From NCBI RefSeq assembly GCF_037042905.1, contig NC_087251.1, forward strand, positions 5,086,001 to 5,150,000: a stretch of DNA of 64,000 nucleotides, in the 5' to 3' direction. Positions 13,101-24,400 of this stretch are shown one piece after another. The DNA comes from Lytechinus pictus (lineage: Eukaryota). The translations under genes were made by a program, and so were the position numbers. Position 1 is the stretch's first letter. Each line of letters starts with the position of its first letter. The notes beneath the pieces were generated by a model. The model saw only the letters and a list, made by a program, of their open reading frames with translations. It had not been told where the DNA came from and made no database searches.

Positions 13101-16100
13101 TCCCGATCCTTGTTGCGGGATAGTTGAAAGTATAGTTGAAAAGTATTAAAAAACACCAAACAAACAACACCTAAACTACTAACTATATGAATAAAAAAGA
13201 AAAAGAAAAAATATATAGTTTTAGAAAAATTTAGAGGAATGACTGTGAGAGTTATTTTTTATTTTTTTTGTGGTGAATTTTATATTTATCTGTTCTTTTG
13301 ATTTGCAGTCACTCATTGCCCAATTTGGACATCAACACAATCAGCTCCCTTTTTAGCTCATCCGGCCCTAAGGGCCAAATGAGCTTATGCCGTGGCGTGG
13401 CATCCGTCGTCTGTCGTCCGTCCACAATTTCAAAATGCTTCTTTTTCGCCATTTCAAGTCTGATTTCAATTCTGTTTGCTTTATATGATAGCACTAGGTG
13501 GGGGATTCAAAACTTCTACACAGAATTTTGAAATTCATTAAATATGCTAATTTATGCGCATTTTTCAAAATTCACAAAAAATGCTTCTTCTTTATTTGTT
13601 GACCGATTTAGAATTTTTTGCTTCCATCTGGTAGAGCTTTATGAGGTTCACCAAAATTCTACATAGAATTTTGAAATTTTGACCAGAACAATTTTTATGC
13701 TAATTTATGCAAAATTAATTTATGCATATTTTTAAAAATTCACAAAAAATGCTTCTTCTTTATTTGTTGACCGATTTTGAATGTTTTGCTTCCATCTGGT
13801 AGAGCTTTATGAGGTTCACCAAACTTCTACATAGAATTTTGAAATTTTGACCAGAACAATTTTTATGCTAATTTATGCAAAATTAATTTATGCATATTTT
13901 AAAAAATTCACATAAAATGCTTCTTCTTTATTTGTTGACCGATTTTGATTTTTTTTCTTCCATCTGGTAGAACTTTATGAGGTTCACCGAACTTGTACAC
14001 AGAATTTTGAAATTTTCTGTAGAAAATTAATTATGCTAATTTATGCAAAATTTATTCAGAAATCACAGAAAATGCCTCTTCTTCTTTATTTGTGGACAGA
14101 TTTTGATTTTTTTTCTTCCATCTGTTAGAACTTCACGAGGTTCACCAAACTTCTACACAGAATTTTGAAATTTTCAGTAGAAAATTATTTATGCTAATTT
14201 ATGCGAAATTTATTCATAAATCACAGAAAATGCGTCTTCTTCTTTGACTCGTGCAATATGATCTTAGCTAGGTCAATACTTCTAATTTAGCCCTCAAGCC
14301 CAGTCAATATAATATAATTATCATACTTTATTTTATATTTTACAAGGAATAAGATGTCACCAAATTTGTACTCAAAATTTTGAAATTTTGTCTGGAAAAT
14401 TATTTATGCTAATTTATGCAAAAAATTTTCATAAATCACAAAATTTGTTTTTTCTTCTTCATTTGTTGATCAATTTAAATTTTATTTGTTGACAGATTTT
14501 GATTTTTTTTCTTCCATCTGGTACAGCTGCATGAGGTTCACCAAATTTGTACTCAAAATTTTGAAATTTTGTCTGGAAAATTATTTATGCTAATTTATGC
14601 AAAAAATTTTCATAAATCACAAAATATGTTTTTTCTTCTTCATTTGTTGATCAATTTAAATTTTGTTTGCTCGAGGTGGTGATACAAAATTTCAACACAG
14701 AATTTTGAAACTCATTAAATATGCTAATTTATTCATATACTTTCAAAACTCAATAAAATTACTAATTTATTTGTTGATTGATTTTGATTGTTTTTGTTCC
14801 ATCTGAGAGCTACATGAGGTTCACCAAGGTTCTACACAGAGTTAAGAAATTTTGACTAGAAAATTATTTATGCTTAATTTATATGAAATTTATTCATAGA
14901 TAAAAAAAAATGCTTCCATGTCATTTCTTCATCAATTTCAATTCTATATCCTCAATTTATGTCACCAATATAATTCACTATGTACAGTGTCAACTGGGCT
15001 GAAATAAAAATTGTGTTCAATTTCGTTGCGAGATGCCGGATGAGCTCCACATCATTGATGTGCTAGCTTGACATCTTATTCCTTGTAAAATATAAAATAA
15101 AGTATGATAATTATATTATATTGACTGGGCTTGAGGGCTAAATTAGAAGTATTGACCTAGCTAAGATCATATTGCACGAGTCAAAGACGAGTGCAATATG
15201 GTCTTAGCATGGTCAATATTTCTGATGTACCCGAAAGAAGCCCAGTCAATATATTTATTATTATTACGAAAGGATCTACAAGAAATTAACAAAAAATGAA
15301 TTATAGCATTCTTAACATGTACCTGTACTCACAATATATGGATCTCGACTTCCTCCCCAGGGATGGAAACTGTTGAACTCAGCTTTCATAACACTATGTA
15401 CAAAGTCGGTTAGTGAACTCAGCTTTCAACGTTTCATAACATGTTCAAAGTCAGTAAATGAACTCGGCTTTCAATGTTTCATAACACTATGTATAAAGAA
15501 CATTTACAGTTCTATAAATTATAGTAGTTTATTTTTACGTTGCAATTGTTTAAGACAAATGGGCTTTATTGCAGTTGCATTGTTGTAGATGTTGTTGTCG
15601 TGCTGCCATTATTGGTGTTAGAGGCACGTGCTGCAGCTCTCACATTGGTGTTCATGTCAATAGCTGTCAAAACATCACAATGCCTAACATTAGTGCTCTG
15701 ATGAGGATGAGTCTCATCTTCCAGGATTTCATCCAGCTCATTAAGGATGACCTTTTGTGAGCTTGTCAATGTAAATCTGAGATCAAAGTTAGGCTCTGCC
15801 TCTAGTTAAATGGTATTGGTAGCATCATTGGGGCCTTGGCCTGGTTCAGTGTCATTTACTCTGCTCACAGTTGCAGGAGGTGTTGATGTTGACGCCAACA
15901 TTTGATGCGTTCTCTTTCTTGAAGTTTGCTCTTTTCTTCTCAGTGCATTAGACAAAGCATAAGATATTTCTTGTTTTTTGACATCACTCACTTGGCCTGT
16001 ATACGATGAAAGACTTCCTTCATTTGCATAAATTTCCCTCGCAGCAAAGCCAATAAACATCCAAAATCGATATACACGTTGCTCTGAGGCAGTGGTTTGT

Positions 16101-18349
16101 ATGCATCTTTGATAGTTTTGCTGTTTTAGATGAATGCACCATCATATTTCCAAGTGAGTTTTTACCAAGAAAACAATTTTTGTACCATGGACCTGCTGAG
16201 CTAGACTTAAATCAAGGTGTTTGAAAGAAGGCGTCACACCCAGGATTTAAATTAGATATGTAGTTTTTGAATAATACAACAGGACAGTTCTCGTCTTTGG
16301 TCTTGTACATTCTTCGTGCATCTTTACATGAAGATTGGTTATCTTCACAAGTTTTATTTGTCAATTCATCAACTGCCTGAGCAACATACTGCCGTCCATC
16401 AGAATAAGTTTTTACAGAAAAATTGTTCTTTTTCAAGTCTCTGATTTTCCCTGCCTCTGCGGCAGATATAAATCATTAACTCAAACCATACCTTTTGTTG
16501 AAATCCAGCAGGGCTGTTTTGTTCGAAAACACCCGAGGTGTAGGCTACAACTTTTCAATGTCTTTCTTATCCACACTCTGATAGTGTACAATATCCCCTT
16601 TGCCAGCCTTTTTATGTTGTACTGTTGCGGCTCTGTATGACACATTAGCATTGCTGAATTCAGTGTCTTTAATGATATCAATCAGTTCTGGATTGCATAT
16701 TTCAAATGGCGATTGAGCCAGGCACGGATACTCTTGAGTGAAGTGGTTGTGTAATATTCCCCATCAGTTTTCCGTGCTTCAAGATAAAATTTGGACAAAA
16801 CAGCTGCAGGTTCACTTTGCTCTTGCTTCTCAAAATCTGTGGAGAGACCCTTCCCTGCCAAACATGCCCGTAACAATTAAACTGCTCCCTTTGTGGCCTT
16901 TTTTGTGTTCTCCGAGTCTTTATCAGTCAGAATTTTTCTGATTTCAGCTTCATCTAACGTAGCGAAACTGGAGGCTGCCATGTCGAAATGTTGTTTACGT
17001 TTTGATCGTCTGCTATTACTTGAAGGCCTATGGGATTTTATGTCGCGCGTCCAGCTCGTGGGCACTGCATTCTGAACAAAATGCAAACTGAAATAAGCGA
17101 TCGAAATTGGCTCCTACTGCGCAAGTGCACTAGCAGTTTTGTACAGCATTCCTATGGGCAACATGGCAAATGTTCACCCCATCGGTCTTGGATTGAAAGT
17201 AGCGAGCAAAATATGACTTTTATTCATCTGCTAAAATGCCTTGTATAGGTAATAATCAAGCATATTCTAATTTGTGAAAGATTGAGTCTCTTAATTTGAC
17301 TTTATATTTATTTTTTTCAATCAATATGCATTGCAGGTGTATTTGATGAAAAATAAGCCTTGTCCATCTCTTCTTAAAGATCTCTTAATAACAGAAGAGT
17401 TACAGAGCTTCTTTGGATGTCATGCAGTGAGTAGCCTTCTTAAGTTTTTTTAAAATATACTATTGTTCAAAATATGATATTTTTTTGTTCCCTCACAAAA
17501 AATACGAAATTTGTTCAATAATGACATTTTGGAATGTACTTTGGAGAAAATAATCTGAAATTATTTCTATTTATGTCTAGTAGCAACAATTCCAGAGATT
17601 ATTGACCATGCTTACGATAATATTCATAAATGATTATATGACTATCAAAGGTATATCATATTCTTCTTTATCCTTTTTTTCAGTTATTTTGTTTACGAGT
17701 TTTAATTGGACCTCCAACAAGTCTTAACCTTAGAAATATTCTTTGGCATGGATTTGCATCACCTGGTGAAATTCCATCAAGGTAAACTTGAACTTCATGA
17801 TATCTTGTCTATTTTATGTAAGATACAATCTCAGTATTTTACTTTGTTATTTACTTGTTAAGTTTAAAAAACATACTCTAAAGACATGATTCAAAGATAC
17901 AATGAACACTTTTTTCCATTATTTTTTTAATACAAATATTGATTAACAAAGTAGGTGCACCAAATGCAAAGAAGTGTTTGAATATGAAAAAACCCTACCA
18001 TCTTATCATTTTAAACTTAGTAATTCTAATAGTAAATGATTGTTAGTGTGCAGTGCTGATTAAAGATGATAAAAAACATTTTACTTAGAGGGGATTGACT
18101 TTTTTTTTTTTTTTTTACAATTTAGATACGCCAGTTTTCTATTAGTGGTTGCAGCTGATCTTGGCTACAAGCTCCACAATCAAGGCATTAATTCATCCAG
18201 CATTCCACATAGGAAACAGATAGAATTCCAGAATTATCTTCCATTACTACATGATAAATTCCCTGGTAAGAGTTTTCTTTATTCGCATAAAAAATGCACA
18301 TTCAAAGATTGAAAATTAGAATATTTTCCAATTTACAAAACAAACATGA

Positions 18350-18387
<38 letters not shown>

Positions 18388-18408
18388 GTATGACAAAAAC
18401 AAACATGA

Positions 18409-18446
<38 letters not shown>

Positions 18447-21400
18447 GACAAAAAAAAGAGAATTCAAAATCTGATTCTGAAACAGTTGTGAAAAACACGT
18501 CTGTTCATGGGCATATGGATGGTGAAACTCACCTTTCAAAGAAATCAATGCGCTGAAGATGGAGGAAGCGTAATGAAAAAGACGCATCTAAAGACGCGTT
18601 GCCATGGCTGCAAGATATATATATATATATAAAACCCCAACATATTCAATATATAAAAAATACACTTCCAAAACATTCAATAATCCCCCAAACAAAGGAA
18701 AAGAATAATTGATATAAATATTCACAGTGCATCAGTGGTCTTTTCCCATTTCATTTTTGAATAAATTTTTGTCTTGCCCACCAGAGGTGAAGGCGAGACT
18801 AAGGGATCAAAATGTCGTCCGTCCATCTGTCCGTCCGTCACAAACATTATGACACATAATTCTCAACTGTTAGTCACTTTTCAACCGAACTTGGATGTTA
18901 GATGTACTTGGGGAACCTGCATGTAATGCTGCAGTCGGAGGTCACATGGTAAGGTCAAAGGTCATTTTCAGGTCAACTTTAAAGTTTACGTGCAAGACTC
19001 TCTTATGACACATAACTCTGCAACCGTAAGTCACTTTTCAACCAAACTTGGATGGTAGATGTACTTAGGGGACCTGCATGTTAATTTTCAGTCAGAGTTC
19101 AAATGGTAAGGTCAAAGGTCATTTTCAGGTCAACGTTAAAAGTTTACATGCTAGACTCTCTTATGACACACAACTTCGCAACCGCAAGTCACTTATCACC
19201 CAAATTTGGGTTGTTGATGTGCTTAGGAGATCTGCATGTCATGGTGCAGTCGTAGGTCACATGGTCAGGTCAAAGGTTATTTTCAGGTCAACATTAAGTT
19301 TAAATGCAAGACTCTCTTTTGACACATAACTCTGCAACCGTAAACCCAAACTTTGGTTGTATTTTTCCTCAGGAGACCTGCTTGTTATGTTTCATTCAGA
19401 GGTCACATGGTAAGGTCAAAGGTCATTTTCTGGTCAATGTTAAAGTTCAAGTGCAAGACTCTTATGACACTCCGCAACGGTAATTCATTTTTCACCCAAA
19501 CTTGGGTTGTAGATGTACTTAGGGGACCTGCATGTTAAGTTTCAGTCAGAAGTCACATGGTAAGGTCAAAGGTCATCTTGAGGTCATTGTTATGACATAA
19601 CTCTGCAACTGTAAGTCACTTTTTAACCAAACTTGGCTGTAGCTGGACTTAGGAGACCTGCATGTTATTGTGTTCAGAGGTCACATGGTAAGGTCAAAGG
19701 TCATTTTGAGGTCAACATTAAAGTTTATGTGCAAGACGCTTATGACAAATGTTATTCCATCCCAGTTATTATTCGATGAACTTTTGATGCAATTCTGTTG
19801 CATGCCTTCCCAAATTCCAATATTTCAACTCTTTGCAACTCTTTACAATATTTCAACTCTACAAATATTTCAACTCTTTACAACTCTCAACAATATTTCA
19901 ACTCTTTACTCTTTGCAACTCTTTACAATATTTAAACTCTTTACTCTTTGCAACTCTTTACAATATTTAAACTCTTTGCAACTCTTTACAATATTGCAAC
20001 TCTTTGTAAGACGGGCCATTGGGGCCCGTCTTACAAAGAGTTGCAATTGATCCAATCAATCGCAACTATGGAAAGCCAGCAAAGTCAACATATCAAATGC
20101 ATGTTTGTTCTAAAAATATTCTAGATGTGAATGTATATCCAGAAATTCATTGATTTCATGACAATTTGGTGTGATATCATTTGTTAACAAAGGACATTTT
20201 TTTAAATTTCTTGAGAAAAAATTATGACACTGATGGATTTCCATAGAGTTACGATTGATTGGATCAATTGTAACCCTTTGTAAGACGGGGCTCTGGTTAC
20301 TTTCACAAGTGGGCGAGACACAACATTGCTTATGCCTTATCTTTCTATAGAAATGTTTAGTTTAGTAATGTAGGAGAACATCATCTCTTGGATAGTTTGT
20401 ATAAATCATTTCGTTAATGTTAGGATGGTTCCAAAAATTGCACTGAAATGTCAAATAATGACAGGTAATTAGGATTAGTTGAAACATTTGTCATGGAGGA
20501 TATATAAGAGCATTTTGTTATGTTATACACAGAGGCCCTGTTACAATCGGTAATGTGGCAGTGATGCCTAATGTTACACAATGTTTTGACTTCACAATCC
20601 AAAAGAGTCCCGTTGGTGAAATTTATATTCAAGAGAACTCTGTCGGGGCTGGTCTTTATGAAATTATTTTATTTTATGTTTCTCCTATGCATCTAGTTTT
20701 ATTTCCAGATCATTTAAATTCACTGTCTAAAGAGGTTCAGAGGATAGGTCTTTTCTGTGACAATCACATTTCCTTGTGGGATGAAGCTCTTAATTATTAT
20801 AGTATTCAAAGGTAAGCTTCTCAGATATGATCTTTAAAAAAAAAATCAATATGATAATTGACTTGGATAGTATCATATAGATACTTGATTCATAACTTTT
20901 TTGTAATATAGGTCAATGGAGAATAATGAATCACTTCAGTTCCTAAGCACTGGGAATTAAAGTCTTTATAGTACCAAAATTAAATTTAAATCCAAGCTTT
21001 TTTTATTTACAAAGTGTGCCCCTTTTACAGTGTTGTATTTGTAGGATGGTCTATAGTATAGACTTTTACTTAATTTCATATTGATATTGAAATTAGTATT
21101 GTAATATTAGTGTGTTTGATTTCGAAGTGCTGCATAAGTAATAATAAATGAATAAAACAATTATACTGAAATGCATGAAAATACTGTTTGCTTGAGTGAA
21201 CACCAGCCACTTTTGTAGAGGGTATAGAATTGACTTTTGTAGGAATTGGGATTCTATTTGACTAAGGTGAAAAGTCATTCAGTTTAAAAGAAAACATCTT
21301 TTTTATTAGATGTTAACTTGTATTGTGTATGCCTTGGTTTGTTTAAGGCCTATTTTTTTTATTTTATTGTTTATGATTATTATGATTTTAATTATTTCAT

Positions 21401-24400
21401 TATTATTATTAATGATATTTTTATTATTATTATTACTGTTATAATTACTATTATTATGAATAATATTGTTATTATTATTGCAAAAATAAATACAGTTCAC
21501 ACATGAAATGGCCATTTCTCCACTTTTATTGTCACTGGGGGATATTCCCATATTGTAGCATATCCAGTTTGATAATCCGAACAATTTTCAACAATATTTG
21601 TCCATTAAGCAAAATCAAACAATGGAGACCTCGGCAAAGGAGGTCAAATGAAAAGGGGGGCAACCAGGGGCGGAATTCTGAACATTGTCTTTTCTCCATA
21701 TTTCATCTTTTCTCAGAGATATTACAAAATTGGTATTCTGGTGGATATCATAACTTTTGTCACAAAAATTGTCATAAATCTCGTCTCATCTCTGTAGCGC
21801 GCACCAAAAATACGCGGCTTTAGATGTGCGTAATCCTTTTATACAAGCAAAAGATATGACAAAAGTTATGACAGGGGGGTAGCAGTCATAAATTTTGTCA
21901 TATCTTTTAGTACCAAATATCACGATACCCTGCTGACTGAATGTCAAGCATATAATGATATTGTTTAGATTAGATTGTGGTATTAGTTTCACTCATCATC
22001 CATGACAATTTTCAAAATTATTTTTTCATGCTACAATTAGTTAGGCCCTACATATTAATTCCTCCTTTTTTTCTCTGTTTTCCTTCTTTTTCTACTTCTC
22101 TAAAATCCTTCACAGCTCCCTGTCTCTCTTTGTAATTAAGCGCATCAATATTCGCGTAGTTGCGCGATGCCAGCAACTGTATTGGGGATACGCCCTACCT
22201 GTCATGGGGCCTTCCTATTGGCTAGAAGGGCTCTCACTGGGAACTAACAATGATTTTGATTGGATTGCTTCCAAAAAGATGGGCGGGAACTTTAAGAGAT
22301 ATGACACAAGGGAAAGACAATGTTCAGAATACCGATTTGTGACAATCATAGCGGTGTCACATCTCGAAGAGAAATGACAAAATTTATGACAAAAGTTATG
22401 ACAGTGTTCCAGAATACCACCCCAGGTCACGTGACCTGCGGAAGGAATACATCCGACCAGGACAGGTATTTCCCGGGGTTTGGTTCCCCTATATAATCAT
22501 CTATTCAATATTATGTTTATCTCGAGTGTCAGAGATATAGGAGGGAGAGGCGTATATGAGTGTGAAATCTTGCAGGGGGAACCGGGTCACATGGCCTGCT
22601 GGAAGGAAGACATCTGACTGGGACCCCAGGACAGGTATTTCCTGGGGCGGTTCCCCTATACATTTGTCATCTATTGAATATTATAGTTATCTCGTGTATC
22701 AGGAGGGGGGGAGGTTTCAAGACATGAATGTGAAATCTTGGAGGGGGAACCTGGTCATGTGACCTGCTGGGAGGAAGAAATCTATCCGGAATTCCAAGCC
22801 AGGAGACACAGCAAGATGCGTTCCCCTCCAATTTTTTGTTTTTGCCATCTTCATAGTGGCTGCACTGCCTGAACTGTTACCCTTCAGACAGCCAAGGAAT
22901 GTAGAGCAATCCGGAAGTCCTTTATGAGCAGATCGCTACCACTATGAGATAAGTGTACCCCATCTTGATAATACTGCCTATGATCCTGTATACTTATGAT
23001 GTGATGCAGATAAGATACTGGTAACATTCTCCTCACCTTTCCCCGGGCATATTTGTTGACAGTCTTGCGGCAGTTGTTCAATGCTGATTGAGAGTGCGGA
23101 CCATCTGCTCTGCCGTAGTAAAATAGCCTTGGTACGATTTCAGAAAAGCAGATGTGGCTATTCGGAAGCTGCTGTTTGATCGTCAGGAGAGTCTCTTGGA
23201 CCGCCTGCCTGCAGTTCTTCACTAGGTGTCTACCGATGTTATTGGTGTACGCGTTAAGAATCACCACGTCTGGGTAGCGTGATGCTTGAGCAGAGACTAT
23301 ACAGACCTGGCCAGGTCATACATTTCAAGGCCTTGAAATGTACAGTGTAGTTCCCCTTCTGAACCACCGGACCTGGCTCCCTGGCTGAACCTCAAGGTTT
23401 TGGAGACCTGTAGCCTTTGCCCTCTCTCCGGCCCTTTGCACAAGGCTGTCTCCAACGATCCAGATCCCGGTTGCCTGTTGGTCCTGCATGACAACAAAAT
23501 TATAATATCACAAGCATCATATATCTTTCAACTCTTGGGTGAACCCACGCCCCCCCCACAGTGCATAATTATATAGCTGGTTTCCCCTTGCTACAGCTTT
23601 CAATATTTGTTCACTTCCTATATCGTGCTTTATCCATCTTCTTCCATGTTCATCCTTATGTGTGCTTACATAATTTTTTTGTTGTTGAAATATTATTAGA
23701 TTTCTAATTCACTTTCTTGTGCTGTATTATCTGCTAAACTCAATGGGATACGCCCTAGCATTAAATGACAAACTTTCCACGCTTCTTTCTTCCTGGTCGT
23801 AACATAAATTGAGCTTCTCTAAAGTCAAGTGCTTATACCTCATACTTGTAGAAACTAAAATCATAAGCTTGATTGCATAAACATAATTATAGAAATTTCA
23901 GTTCCCTTAAAATTCTTGCATATGTTTTAAACGCACTGCTCCGCCATGTTCCCATTTCTTGAAGCTGTTCTTCTGCCCCTCCTTCAATAGCGGCTATAGT
24001 GGCGGCCCAGTTCGTAAGGAATGGGTCCCATATTTCTCTGCTTCAAAGCCTGTGACTCCTAAGACTTTCCTCAACTGCTCTAAACTGATACCTAGTTAGT
24101 GGCAACCCATTTGCGTGGCAGAAGAGAAGGCCGTGCATCATTGGCCTCATTTTCAGATATCTAATCATCGCCCCTACCGGACAGCTGCTGTTCAATCCAT
24201 TTCCTTTTATTTTCAGAGTTGTTGAAGTGCCATATTGATCTGTCTTTGAGAATAGGATGGTAACCAACAGGTAAGCTTCTTTAGAGCTTTGGAAAACACT
24301 TGTGTCTTGGTCAAGGAGGGTCCTGTCACCGTCCCACCTGTGCCCTCTACCAGGAACTCACTAACCCGCAGCATTCTAAAAAAGGCTAACAGAAATGATG

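Larger units (their letters stand above)
18766..20343 (+). mobile_element. Helentron/HINE-type element with ~135-bp tandem units and a nested MITE
   Basis: Sub-TIR TGTCTTGCCCAC / GTGGGCGAGACA, (CCGT)n, and repeated GGTCACATGGTAAGGTCAAAGGTCATTTT units. Confidence 0.72.

Noticed and set aside
13500..14940. CRISPR-like array
   Set aside because: Units are ~170-bp degenerate tandem copies with no unique spacers and no cas genes, in a eukaryotic HINE context. The same applies to 18850-19750 and 62200-63000.
15515..16981. Domesticated host gene of the KCTD1/ZMYM/QRICH1 type
   Set aside because: Many stops and frameshifts, no introns, and transposon ends shared with a non-autonomous copy.
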